From positions 1-64,000 of the IMG/VR virus record IMGVR_UViG_3300010883_007299: a stretch of 64,000 nucleotides of DNA. One strand, written 5' to 3'. Made by a program: the position numbers and the translations under genes. Origin of the DNA: a virus. The first letter of the stretch is position 1; each line of letters starts with the position of its first letter. A model generated the notes under the pieces. It had not been told where the DNA came from. It made no database searches and saw only the letters and a list, made by a program, of their open reading frames with translations. This document shows, piece by piece, positions 28,782 to 38,946 of this stretch.

Positions 28782-29597
28782 TTACCCAATATCAAAATGT
28801 AATGGTTCTTCCCACGTGGTTCTAGATTCTTCTTCTAATTTCAGAATAGTATCTTTAGCCTCATTAAAAATCATTTCACCATTCATAGTTACTCCACCCA
28901 GTAATTGAACTCCATTAAATTTTAAAAGATTCTCTCCCCATTGACGTTTGATAAGTGCGGTAGCATATTTCTTTAACCACAAGTCGTTGTAGATATCCGT
29001 AAATGTAACTGGATTTATTTTCTTATAACACTCTATAATAAGATGTTCACCAAGACTCATATCTTGACCCCAATCCATATTAAGATATAATCTGTTCGCA
29101 TGGACATTATACTGTATGGGTATCTCACCAATAAGAATCATATCTAGAAAATCTAAATGCATCATAGTCATTTGATATTGTATAATGGATTCAGATGAAA
29201 AATCATACAAGTCATTTAATCTTAATTGATAACGAACATCAAACATATTAAGATTACCACGATCACTAAAAGGCAGTACTCTCAATACACTTAAAACACC
29301 GTCAGGTATGACAAGGTATCCTTTACCTTGTTTCCATTCTGTAGATACTCCACTATCAGCATCATCTGTAACTGTTTCAGTTTCATTTGTATCTGCCCTA
29401 GCTACATCTTCAGTTGTAATAACGTGTTTTAGATATGCACGTTCCATACCGTTATACTGAAAAGTAAAAAAGTATTGTAATGCCTCGTCTAAACGATCAT
29501 CTACCTGGTCATCTTCTACGTTAATATCCAAAACTGAAGCGCCTAGTCTCCGTAGGCACCAATCTTTTAATGTAGTTTTTGAATTTGGTTCGGCCAT
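28782..29597 (-). CDS. gp13: Neck protein
   Basis: LRRLGASVLDINV, WLKKYATALIKRQWGENL.KF.GVQL.GG. Confidence 0.93.
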   Translation of the reverse strand: MAEPNSKTTLKDWCLRRLGASVLDINVEDDQVDDRLDEALQYFFTFQYNGMERAYLKHVITTEDVARADTNETETVTDDADSGVSTEWKQGKGYLVIPDGVLSVLRVLPFSDRGNLNMFDVRYQLRLNDLYDFSSESIIQYQMTMMHLDFLDMILIGEIPIQYNVHANRLYLNMDWGQDMSLGEHLIIECYKKINPVTFTDIYNDLWLKKYATALIKRQWGENLLKFNGVQLLGGVTMNGEMIFNEAKDTILKLEEESRTTWEEPLHFDIG

Positions 29598-32500
29598 TAA
29601 TATGTTCCACCATCTATTATGTTAGTCCAATCTGGAGTGCCAGCATTTGAATACAAGAAATATCCAGCAGTACCTGCAGCAGTTACTTTAAGGTCATTAG
29701 CATCATCACCATACATGACACCACCTGCCGCCCACGTTACATCACCCGTACCACCATTTGTTACTGGAAGTGTTCCTGAAACCTTCGATGCCAAATCTAT
29801 ACCACCAAACAACTGAGCACTTGTTACACCCAAGTTCTTAATAGTAACATCACCAGCAGTTACACTGAAATCAGCAGTACTAAATGTTGCTATACCTTTA
29901 TTACTAGAAGAAGCATCTTCGCCAGATACCGTTAATGTTCCAGCAACATCATCGTAAACATGGTTAATACCTTCACCTGATTGGAAGAGATTGTTACCAA
30001 CCTCATCATCAATCGCTTCATTACTAGCATAAATGTTTACAGTACCCTGAGCAATATCATCAGAGTCTAGGGTTACTGTAGCACCCAATGCAATAACGTT
30101 ACCGTTAATGGTAATAGAATCGTTAGCCAACTGTGCATTGTCAACGCCCAAGGACTTAATTGCAACTGCACCAGTTGTTACTGCAAAGTCTCCACTAGCA
30201 AACGATGCAACACCCTTATTAGAGTCTGTAGCATCTTCAGCAGCTATTGTGAATGTATTAGCAGCATCATCATACGTTGTGGTAATACCTTCACCATCTT
30301 GTACCAAAGAATTGATGCGGTCATCAACCCTTTCGTTGGTGAAGAATATGTTTGTACCCTCAGCAAAATCATCTGTATCTAATGTTAATGTACCACCCAA
30401 TTCTAAATTGTTGCTGTTTATTGTTACAGATTTATTTTGTAGTTTGTTATTACCAACCGTACTATTAGCAATCATCGAATTTTGGATGCCCAAGCCTTTA
30501 ACTTGCAATGCATCACCAACAACTTCGATAGATGCATTATCTACTGCAACATCCAATGTATTACCTGATTTGGTTAACGCCTCTCCAGCAATTACCTGAC
30601 CTGCACCTGAGAACTGTGATACTGGTAGAGCAGTCGTTCCGATTGTTGGTACACCATTGTGAGTAAATGTATATCCGTTGTCTTGAGCAATAGTACCTTC
30701 TTCAACAAATACGAATGTGCCACCATCTAGTTCTTGTGATGGATCACCATCAGCATCTATAGCTCTAGTCAATACCCAATTCGCAGCACCACTACCAACT
30801 GTTGTTACTGTATAGATACCATTCTCAGCCTGTGCAGTCTGATCTTTAACCAACACTCTATCATTAAGAGATGCTGTAACACCGTCTACTGCAAATGCAG
30901 CCTGAGTACTATTGTTGGTTAATGTTGCACCAACACCCGCTGTACCGTTAGCATATGCACTAGACAAGTTAGCTGTTGTTGCTATTCTTGCAGAATCTTT
31001 AATATCAAGACCACTCTTTACTGCATCAACATACTGTTTAGTAACAGCATCTGTTGTTTGAGTTGGATCGGCAAGATTAATAATTCTTGCACTATTGGCA
31101 TCTATTGATCCAGTTCCATTAGGATTAAATAGAATGTCTCCATCTGTATCTGTAGAACTAATCGTATTGCCATCTATTCTTATGTTGTCTACATCTAATT
31201 GTGTTAGACCATTAACGTCTGTAATCGTATCGCCTAGATTAACTGTATCTGTACCAAACACTATAGTTGAATTGACTAGTTTAGCATTAGCAATCGAACC
31301 AGCGAGTTGTGCATTAGATACACCAAGTGCCTTAATACCAACTGCACCAGTTGTTACTGCAAAATCAGTATTAACAAATGATGCCACACCCTTGTTAGAG
31401 TCTGTAGCGTCCTCTGCATCAATCGTAAATGTACCAGCAGCATCGTTATACGTTGTGGTGATACCTTCACCATCTACAACTAGGTTACTTACTCGATCAT
31501 CAACTCGTTCATCTGTATACCATATATTGGTTGAACCTTCAGGTACGTCATCTGTACTAACTTGATTTGTACCTGTACCCCAATCAATAAGAGTATCATC
31601 AATAGCATCAGCCTGTATGTTTACTGCACCGGTCGTTACATCAAAATGTGTTGATTGAAAAGATGCAACACCCTTATTGGTTGTACTAGCATCTTCACCT
31701 TCTACTGTTACAATATTACCTGTAGCAGAAGTATTCATGCCTTCGCCGCCAATAATAGATAACGTTTCAGAGTCTAGGTCAATAGATATTGTACCACCGT
31801 CTGTAGTAAGGTCTAAATCTTCAGCTGTAATCTGTGTGTCTACATAAGTTTTAATACTTTCCGATGTAGCCAAAGTCGTAGCACTTGCAGTTCCAAAAGT
31901 ATCATCATCTAGAACAGCAGTACCTGCAACATCTGTATTAAGAACAGCACTCTCAACTACAACTGTACCAGTGCCATTCGGTGTAAGATTGATGTGACCA
32001 TTAGAATCTGTTGATATGATTGTATTACCATTAAGGTTAATATTGTCAACATCAAGGTCGCCCGTAATATCTACAGCACCAGTTATCGTTGATGTACCAT
32101 TAATCTCTACGTTAGCATTAACATCTAATGTAGTACCATTAATTGTAGCATCACCAGTAACAGTCAAGTTATCATTGATAGTAGTTTCTGATGTTGTGTG
32201 TCCAATAGACACCGGAACAGCAGAAGTTGTAGTAGCAATGTTTAATGATCCAGTTGCATTATTAATATAAGAATCTGTACCATTGTGGTAAAGTTGTAAA
32301 TCATCACCAGTACCTAATTTGACATTTGCATTGTCTGGCATTGTAATGTGGGTTGTTGTTGAAACAACTCCAGTTACATCAAGAGTATCACTTAACGTTG
32401 TAGCGCCACCAACTCCTAGTGTTGTTGCTATTGTAGCACTTTCATCAACATCCAAAACATCAACATGAGCTGTACCATCTACATAGAGGTTTCTCCATTC

Positions 32501-35194
32501 TTGAGTCGTTGTACCTAAATCATATGCATCATCCGTATTTGGTATGATATTGGAGTTTACGTCTGCACCAAATACCACATTGTCTGTAGCAGCATCACCA
32601 AGTTGTAGTGTGCCTCCATTCAGAGTTGATAGTCCTTCGACAGTAAGATTACCACTTACTAATGCATCACCAGTAACAGTTAAGTTATCGTTGATAGTAG
32701 TTTCGGATGTAGTATGTCCAATAGATATACCATTTGAAGCTTCTGTAGAAATCTTTAGTATGCCCGCATCATTAGTTATGTACGAATCTGTACCATTATG
32801 ATAAAGTTGTAAATCATCACCAGTACCCAATTTGACATGAGCATTATCAGGCATATCAATATGACTTGTCTGATTAAGAGCGCCTGTAATAGAAAAGTCT
32901 CCTGTTACATTTGCACTACCAAGTACAGCCAAATCAGCATCAAGTGTGGTGTTGCCCGTTACATCTAATGTACCAGCAATATCTGTATTACCAGTTGCAG
33001 AAGCAATAGTGAATTTATTTGTTGCTATATCAAAGTCACCATCTATACCCGTGTTACCTGTGACGTCCAGTGTAGAACTTAACGTTGTAGCACCAGTGAC
33101 TCCTAATGTATTGTTTAACGTTGTGGCAGCAGTAACACCCAATGTCGAACTTAATGTCGTAGCACCAGTAACTCCTAATGTACCGGCAACTGTAGCATTC
33201 TCATCAACATCCAATGTATCAATATGAGCTGTGCCATCTAAATATAAATCTTTCCATTCTTGTGTAGTAGTACCTAAATCATATGTACCATCTGTGTTAG
33301 GTATAATGTTTGAATTAACATCAGCACCAAATACCACGTTGTCTGTGGCTGAATCACCAAGTTGTAGTGTGCCACCATTAAGAGTTGACAATCCTTCTAC
33401 TGTTAAACTGCCACTAACTAAAGCATCTCCCTGTACAGTTAGGTTATCTGCTATTGTTGTTTCAGATGTAGTATGTCCAATTACAACAGGAACACCAGAT
33501 GTTTCTGTTGCAACTTTTAAAGAACCTGTCTTATTTGTAATAAAAGAATCTGTAGCATCATGGTAAAGAGATAGATCATTACCTGTACCTACATGAATCT
33601 CTGTGTCATCTGGTAGATGTATAAACGAACTTGCACCCGCTATCTCAACAGGAGCATTAACATTTAACTGGTCGTTTAATGTTGTAACGCCAGTAACACC
33701 CAATGTACTATTTAATGTTGTAGCATCAGTAACACCTAAAGTAGAATTAAATGTTGCTGTACCAGTAACTCCTAGAGTACCAGTAATTGTAGCATTTTCA
33801 TCTATATCCAATGTATCTATATGAGCAGTACCGTCTATGAAGATATTTCTCCATTCTTGTGAAGCAGTACCCAAATCATATGCATCATCAGTATTGGGAA
33901 TAATATTAGAATTAACATCAGCACCAAACACCACATTATCTGTAGCTGCATCACCAAGTGTTAATGTGCCACCATTAAGAGTCGAAAGTCCTTCGACTGT
34001 AAGATTACCAGCAATATCTACATTTCCACTAATATCTACATTAGCATCTACATCTAAATTTTTAAGAAACTGTATTTTTTCTCCGGCGTCTGTAGTATGA
34101 TATACTGTATAATTTGTAGCGCCTTCTGAAATTGTAAGAGCCGTAGCATTATTATCAATAATATTGATGTCTGTGGCTTGAGTAGATGTATCTATATTAG
34201 CAGAATTAAAATCTATATCTCCATCTAGAGTTGTTGTTCCTGCAACAATAAGATTTCCAGAATCAATATCAATGCCTTGGTTAAAATGCCATCGGTCATC
34301 TGTGTTCGACCAAGCAATAGTTTTATCCGTGGCGCCTTTAAGAGTAAGGCCACCACCATCAGCTGTAACATCAGTTGGAGTTGTAACTGAACCTAATTCT
34401 ATATTTTTATCATCAACTGAAATGGTAGCAACATTAAGAGTTGTTTGTGTACCATTGACAATCAAATCTCCTGTAACTGTTAGGTTGTCATTGACGGTTG
34501 TTTCTGATGTTGTATGTCCAATTGAAATTACTCCGCCACTATTGGATGTACCCAACTGTAAAGCATTAACGCCAGTAGGATCTATCGACAATATACCAGT
34601 GGTGGATGTTATAGCATTAGAATTTAAATTTATATTATCAACATCAAGGTCACCTGTAATATCTACTTCACCAGAAAGGGCTAAATCACCAGAAAAGAGA
34701 GAATTGCCAAAAACTGACAAATCTCCAGTAATGGATAAATTATCATTAATGGTTGTTTCAGATACAGCATTACCTATACTAACAACAGAACCACTAGTAA
34801 GTGTTCCGAGATTTAGATTTTGTGTGCCTTGTGCATCAACATTTAAATGGCCATTTGAAGTATACTCATGGAAGATACCTACATTATTTCCATCAAGAGT
34901 TACTCTATCAACTCGCCATTCATCTACCTTTTTATCTTCATCTACTAGTACAGCAGAGTCAGCTGTTATTTGACCATGCAAATGGTCCAACATATCTGTG
35001 TAATATTTACCACCTAGTTCTTGTAAGAATTCAGCAACACCACTGTATTCGTCTCCAGCACCTATAAAAAGTCTATCGCCTTTATTCGTATGTGTACCTG
35101 CACCATACGTTAAAGCCAATTCACCTGTAGCCAAATCTGTGGGTGCAACTACACCCCCTGATCTTTTAATTTTAAATTTTGAAATGGTAGGCAT
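29597..35194 (-). CDS. Large repetitive tail/neck fibre protein (1865 aa)
   Basis: N-terminal KIKRS...L.TGELA fibre motif, G/T/D-rich repeats, DAVTKQYVD knob, C-terminal IDGGTY. Confidence 0.85.
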   Translation of the reverse strand: MPTISKFKIKRSGGVVAPTDLATGELALTYGAGTHTNKGDRLFIGAGDEYSGVAEFLQELGGKYYTDMLDHLHGQITADSAVLVDEDKKVDEWRVDRVTLDGNNVGIFHEYTSNGHLNVDAQGTQNLNLGTLTSGSVVSIGNAVSETTINDNLSITGDLSVFGNSLFSGDLALSGEVDITGDLDVDNINLNSNAITSTTGILSIDPTGVNALQLGTSNSGGVISIGHTTSETTVNDNLTVTGDLIVNGTQTTLNVATISVDDKNIELGSVTTPTDVTADGGGLTLKGATDKTIAWSNTDDRWHFNQGIDIDSGNLIVAGTTTLDGDIDFNSANIDTSTQATDINIIDNNATALTISEGATNYTVYHTTDAGEKIQFLKNLDVDANVDISGNVDIAGNLTVEGLSTLNGGTLTLGDAATDNVVFGADVNSNIIPNTDDAYDLGTASQEWRNIFIDGTAHIDTLDIDENATITGTLGVTGTATFNSTLGVTDATTLNSTLGVTGVTTLNDQLNVNAPVEIAGASSFIHLPDDTEIHVGTGNDLSLYHDATDSFITNKTGSLKVATETSGVPVVIGHTTSETTIADNLTVQGDALVSGSLTVEGLSTLNGGTLQLGDSATDNVVFGADVNSNIIPNTDGTYDLGTTTQEWKDLYLDGTAHIDTLDVDENATVAGTLGVTGATTLSSTLGVTAATTLNNTLGVTGATTLSSTLDVTGNTGIDGDFDIATNKFTIASATGNTDIAGTLDVTGNTTLDADLAVLGSANVTGDFSITGALNQTSHIDMPDNAHVKLGTGDDLQLYHNGTDSYITNDAGILKISTEASNGISIGHTTSETTINDNLTVTGDALVSGNLTVEGLSTLNGGTLQLGDAATDNVVFGADVNSNIIPNTDDAYDLGTTTQEWRNLYVDGTAHVDVLDVDESATIATTLGVGGATTLSDTLDVTGVVSTTTHITMPDNANVKLGTGDDLQLYHNGTDSYINNATGSLNIATTTSAVPVSIGHTTSETTINDNLTVTGDATINGTTLDVNANVEINGTSTITGAVDITGDLDVDNINLNGNTIISTDSNGHINLTPNGTGTVVVESAVLNTDVAGTAVLDDDTFGTASATTLATSESIKTYVDTQITAEDLDLTTDGGTISIDLDSETLSIIGGEGMNTSATGNIVTVEGEDASTTNKGVASFQSTHFDVTTGAVNIQADAIDDTLIDWGTGTNQVSTDDVPEGSTNIWYTDERVDDRVSNLVVDGEGITTTYNDAAGTFTIDAEDATDSNKGVASFVNTDFAVTTGAVGIKALGVSNAQLAGSIANAKLVNSTIVFGTDTVNLGDTITDVNGLTQLDVDNIRIDGNTISSTDTDGDILFNPNGTGSIDANSARIINLADPTQTTDAVTKQYVDAVKSGLDIKDSARIATTANLSSAYANGTAGVGATLTNNSTQAAFAVDGVTASLNDRVLVKDQTAQAENGIYTVTTVGSGAANWVLTRAIDADGDPSQELDGGTFVFVEEGTIAQDNGYTFTHNGVPTIGTTALPVSQFSGAGQVIAGEALTKSGNTLDVAVDNASIEVVGDALQVKGLGIQNSMIANSTVGNNKLQNKSVTINSNNLELGGTLTLDTDDFAEGTNIFFTNERVDDRINSLVQDGEGITTTYDDAANTFTIAAEDATDSNKGVASFASGDFAVTTGAVAIKSLGVDNAQLANDSITINGNVIALGATVTLDSDDIAQGTVNIYASNEAIDDEVGNNLFQSGEGINHVYDDVAGTLTVSGEDASSSNKGIATFSTADFSVTAGDVTIKNLGVTSAQLFGGIDLASKVSGTLPVTNGGTGDVTWAAGGVMYGDDANDLKVTAAGTAGYFLYSNAGTPDWTNIIDGGTY
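32150..34010 (-). repeat. Three tandem ~200-250-aa repeats within the fibre gene
   Basis: LTVEGLSTLNGGTL.LGD.ATDNVVFGADVNSNIIPNTD..YDLGT..QEW occurs three times; boundaries approximate. Confidence 0.85.
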
Positions 35195-35427
35195 TAGAAT
35201 GTTCCTCCATCAAAAAGGATTGTTCCTGAAGAATCTAAAACTGTATAATCAACATCAGTAATTAAGTCTTTTAATTCCCAACTATCTGATGTTGAATTAT
35301 AAAAAATAACTTTTCCATTCTGGGCCGCTGATAGTGTTCCAAAATTTGAATCGGTCAGTGTTCTCAATTTTAATTGAGATTTCACCACCTTCGCTTTTAA
35401 AGTAGTCCCACTTGAACTAATAGCCAT
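35194..35427 (-). CDS. Small virion/fibre-associated protein
   Basis: NGKVIFYNSTSDSW fibre motif; C-terminal DGGTF. Confidence 0.6.
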   Translation of the reverse strand: MAISSSGTTLKAKVVKSQLKLRTLTDSNFGTLSAAQNGKVIFYNSTSDSWELKDLITDVDYTVLDSSGTILFDGGTF

Positions 35428-35439
35428 TTATAACTCCCT

Positions 35440-35793
35440 CTACACTCTAGAAACGGAAGGCAATACTGTTAATCTTCCCTCTAAAGTTCTTGTTTTATTT
35501 CCCGCGGCATCGGTTAATTGTAAGTCCCAAACAAATCTCCCATCTTTAAGGGTTCCTGTTTGAACGTCAGTCAATTCAAGAGCTATCTTACCACTAGTCC
35601 TGTCTGCCGTAAAGGCAACAGTAAATGTTTCCGAAACACTACCAGAACCGTAGCGTTTCCTTATTTGTGCAAGAGCCGTATATCCAGTTAAGTCTAGTGT
35701 GGTAAGATTACCATCCGCATCTTCATTGGTTAGTTCTACAGTAACCGTAAAATCTGCATTAGCTTCAACTAGCAAGTTATTAATTAATGCCAT
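35440..35793 (-). CDS. Virion structural protein (fibre adaptor-like)
   Basis: LDLTGYTALAQIRK, GRFVWD, RTLEG...V.PSV; TATAAATA at 35825-35818. Confidence 0.7.
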   Translation of the reverse strand: MALINNLLVEANADFTVTVELTNEDADGNLTTLDLTGYTALAQIRKRYGSGSVSETFTVAFTADRTSGKIALELTDVQTGTLKDGRFVWDLQLTDAAGNKTRTLEGRLTVLPSVSRV

Positions 35794-35830
35794 ATAAACT
35801 CCGATCTTTTATACTCCTATTTATAAAAGA

Positions 35831-36430
35831 TCAGAAGTTATAGCCCAATATTCCCGCCACAATATGCACTCTATTTTGTTCACCACCATTAAAAAAGTTG
35901 TGATATACCGTATTATTTGTGATCCAAACAGAACCATCGGCCGGCATATGTCTACATTCATCACCAATTACCATACGGCAACCTAGATTAGTAACAATAG
36001 GAACGTGCAAACGTGGTTCAGGATCCCTATGCCAACTCAAACAAGACCTAGGTTGTTTCAATAACAAACGAACTCTACCTAGTTTAAAGCGACTGGTTAA
36101 CGTTTCATATACTTCTTTAAAATAAGTATTTTCATACTTGGGGATAAATTCTGTGTAAAGATGTTCTTCTACATAGACATCTCTTTCTACTTCTTTGCCA
36201 TCGGAGTCTGGAATAGTCCAATACTTAGCTCGTATTTTATTTCCTTCTACGGAACTTGGATCTCCGGGAATTCTATTTAATGGTATAGCACCAAAGTTAG
36301 TTACACCTGGGGTCTCAAACTGTTGTTTAGATAACACATCCGTTAGAGCACCTTGCAACTTAGCTATATCAAATTTGAAATCGAACAGATGATGATAATT
36401 ACCATAATCTATATAAGTTTCTATATTCAT
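35831..36430 (-). CDS. Aspartyl/asparaginyl beta-hydroxylase-like 2OG-Fe(II) enzyme
   Basis: RVRLL...LSWHRD..RLHVPIVTN...H...NGG...RVHIV. Confidence 0.8.
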   Translation of the reverse strand: MNIETYIDYGNYHHLFDFKFDIAKLQGALTDVLSKQQFETPGVTNFGAIPLNRIPGDPSSVEGNKIRAKYWTIPDSDGKEVERDVYVEEHLYTEFIPKYENTYFKEVYETLTSRFKLGRVRLLLKQPRSCLSWHRDPEPRLHVPIVTNLGCRMVIGDECRHMPADGSVWITNNTVYHNFFNGGEQNRVHIVAGILGYNF

Positions 36431-36436
36431 TTTAGT

Positions 36437-36460
36437 GTTCCTTTAAAGGAACTATTTATC
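36437..36460 (-). promoter_or_regulatory. Late-promoter variant GATAAATA plus RBS-sequestering palindrome
   Basis: GATAAATA (36460-36453) directly followed by the 16-bp palindrome GTTCCTTTAAAGGAAC, which contains the SD. Confidence 0.6.
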
Positions 36461-36464
36461 TAAA

Positions 36465-37280
36465 TTATACATCCAATCCTTCTCTTAACTTCTGAGCCAT
36501 ATCCCAACCACCAAAAGGTCTTTCTAATTCAATGATACCTGAATGTTTACCATCTTCAAACATTTCAGCTTTAAATATCATTTCTGTTGCATGGCCTGCT
36601 AATGCGGTGTGGCAATCTCCACCTATTTCTACTAATAGTTCCCTTTCCATTAAAGCATTAAGCCATGTCTCATAGTGATTAAATTTAATCATTTCATGTT
36701 TCCGATTTTGGTCATCTTCTCTAACTTGTATTGCAATAATGCCTTGACATATAGCAGGGATGGTATCTAAAGGTTTTTGTCCCACATCTATATTCAACAA
36801 ATTTAATCCAGCTGAAGCCAACACGATAGCATCATATTCTCCATCTCGCCACTTATCTATTCTAGTTTCAACATTACCTCTAATGTCTTTTACTTCAACA
36901 TCTTTAAACTTATTTTTTATTTGAGCCTTACGTCGAGGCGAACTTGTACCTACAACACAACCAGGAGTAATTTCTCCTATTAAACAATCTGTAGGATCAT
37001 TTCTCGGCAATACTGCCACAACAAGCAAACCTTCAGTTTTTTCGCTAGGCATATCCTTAAAACTATGAACTGCCACATCTATATTTTCATTCAACAATTC
37101 TTTTTCAACAGCATTACAAAATACAGCCTTGCCACCCATTTCCGCTATAGGAGTCTTTTGATCTTCATCACCCTCTGTAGTTATAATCTCACGGTCAAAT
37201 GACATCGCTGCCGTTTTCTCAAACAAATCTACTTGTGCTAAAGACAAAGCACTGCCTCTCGATCCTACTATCATTTCCAC
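36465..37280 (-). CDS. hemC: Hydroxymethylbilane synthase (porphobilinogen deaminase)
   Basis: GSRGSALSLAQ, AVHSFKDMP, GTSSPRR, IRGNVETR, GGDCH cofactor Cys. Confidence 0.95.
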   Translation of the reverse strand: MEMIVGSRGSALSLAQVDLFEKTAAMSFDREIITTEGDEDQKTPIAEMGGKAVFCNAVEKELLNENIDVAVHSFKDMPSEKTEGLLVVAVLPRNDPTDCLIGEITPGCVVGTSSPRRKAQIKNKFKDVEVKDIRGNVETRIDKWRDGEYDAIVLASAGLNLLNIDVGQKPLDTIPAICQGIIAIQVREDDQNRKHEMIKFNHYETWLNALMERELLVEIGGDCHTALAGHATEMIFKAEMFEDGKHSGIIELERPFGGWDMAQKLREGLDV

Positions 37281-37311
37281 TTCACCTCTTTGTTATCTAG
37301 TTTCGTAATTA

Positions 37312-38265
37312 TCATTGAAATCTTTTCCTAATAGTATCAATAAAAAGATGTACATTTGCTTCAGGAGTTTCTTTATCTATACCATGTCCTAAACCACATA
37401 CCCAACCGAGTCTATTTCGTAGTTGCATATAATCACAAAACGTATCAATTTTTTCTCGCAGTTCTTTTTTAGGTAACAGTAAATACTTTTCTTTAAAGTT
37501 ACCCTGTACAAATCCCTTATCACGACTCATCAATACTTTAGACATACTTTGAGATCCATCTATACCAACACCGCCCCAAGGATAATGAGTTGCTTTTAAA
37601 ATATCTCTATTCTTACAGTAGTATCCAACATTATCTCCCACTAAAGGTTTCAATAAAGGTATGTACTTCTTTTCCCAAAACCATTGGTTCATTATATCTA
37701 AAGTACTATCAAATATCATTACCTTTTCAGCACCCGCTTCTAATTGTAAATCTATATTTGCTTTCAATATAGGCACCATAATATTTTCTAACCATTCTAA
37801 AGGTTTGTCTTGAATACCTGGAACAAACGTTCTTTTCATTAACTGTGCCGTTATAGTATAAGGCCCACCAACAAATCCTATTAAACTTACATTGTTATCT
37901 AATCTTTCTCTAGTTGCTTTTATTACATCAGCTTGAAATTTCATATGTTCAATAGCTTTTTGAACATTGCCGTGTATGCTGCCACCAGTAAATTTAGGAC
38001 CTGGATCAAATTGTAATTCCATTCCCAATCCTTCCAATACAAACAATATATCAGAAAACATAATAGCAACATCTAGATCAAACTCCTTTACTGGGCCACA
38101 AGCTACCTCAGCAGCAAGCTCAGGAGTTTTACATAGTTGTTCAAATGTATATGTTTTTTTTAGTTCTTTGTAATGAGTATGATATCTTCCTGCTTGACGC
38201 ATATACCATATAGGGGGTGTGTTTTGTTCGATTCGTTCACAAGCATTATAAAAAGTTTTATTCAT
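37312..38265 (-). CDS. hemE: Uroporphyrinogen decarboxylase
   Basis: PIWYMRQAGRY, FSDIL, LIGFVGGPYT, QGN, LGHGI. Confidence 0.95.
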   Translation of the reverse strand: MNKTFYNACERIEQNTPPIWYMRQAGRYHTHYKELKKTYTFEQLCKTPELAAEVACGPVKEFDLDVAIMFSDILFVLEGLGMELQFDPGPKFTGGSIHGNVQKAIEHMKFQADVIKATRERLDNNVSLIGFVGGPYTITAQLMKRTFVPGIQDKPLEWLENIMVPILKANIDLQLEAGAEKVMIFDSTLDIMNQWFWEKKYIPLLKPLVGDNVGYYCKNRDILKATHYPWGGVGIDGSQSMSKVLMSRDKGFVQGNFKEKYLLLPKKELREKIDTFCDYMQLRNRLGWVCGLGHGIDKETPEANVHLFIDTIRKRFQ

Positions 38266-38942
38266 AGTTCTACTTTAGGAAAAAGCATATCAGAACAAAA
38301 TAAGTCTACATCATTTTCGTCTAGACCTAAAGACTTCATTACCCTTGGTGTATGTGGGTTCTGTCTTTGGTTATCACAATAATAATTTTGACGTTCTAAT
38401 ACTTCTTCCTTATCTCCGTCCCCATGTGTTTCAGTCACATGGTCAAAATAATAATTAAGGTTTTTTAATGTTAGTTGTATAATATCTAAAGACTCTCCTT
38501 CCGTCTTTACATTACTAGCAGCAATCATAGAAGGAGAAAATATATTTAAAGCCCATTCTGGCAACTCTCTCCTTTTAGTAGGAATAAAATCTTCTACTGA
38601 TTCAGCAAACCACTGTATCATAAAATGATTCTTATCCACTGTTGCAGAAAAGTCGTGAAATGCTCCAGTAAACTTTCTTTGGCCAGATATAACATCAAAG
38701 CCAAAAATAGGACTGGTGTTAGTTAGATCAGGAAAAATGCAAACGTGCATCATCCATAATTTCTTTGTATCACGAACATCCACAACATCTATATGGCAAC
38801 GTCTGGTCGATTCGGTTTGCCATACTCTATTCATCCATCCAGATTGGTTAAAATGATCCATACCAGGTTCAAAAATTTCAACACCCACATCATTAAATTT
38901 TCTTATAAATTCATTCTGTAAGTTAATAAGATTATCCCACAT
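38262..38942 (-). CDS. pcyX: Ferredoxin-dependent bilin reductase, PcyX/PcyA-like
   Basis: MHVCIFP....PIFGFDVI, GAFHDFS, RELPEWA.NIFS, QNYYC.NQRQNPHT.RV; adjacent to heme oxygenase. Confidence 0.85.
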   Translation of the reverse strand: MWDNLINLQNEFIRKFNDVGVEIFEPGMDHFNQSGWMNRVWQTESTRRCHIDVVDVRDTKKLWMMHVCIFPDLTNTSPIFGFDVISGQRKFTGAFHDFSATVDKNHFMIQWFAESVEDFIPTKRRELPEWALNIFSPSMIAASNVKTEGESLDIIQLTLKNLNYYFDHVTETHGDGDKEEVLERQNYYCDNQRQNPHTPRVMKSLGLDENDVDLFCSDMLFPKVEL

Positions 38943-38946
38943 CTAT

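Noticed and set aside
29619-35067. Many + strand ORFs of 65-233 aa in the fibre gene, and similar ones opposite other genes
   Set aside because: They mirror the codon bias of the minus-strand genes and have no motifs or expression signals.
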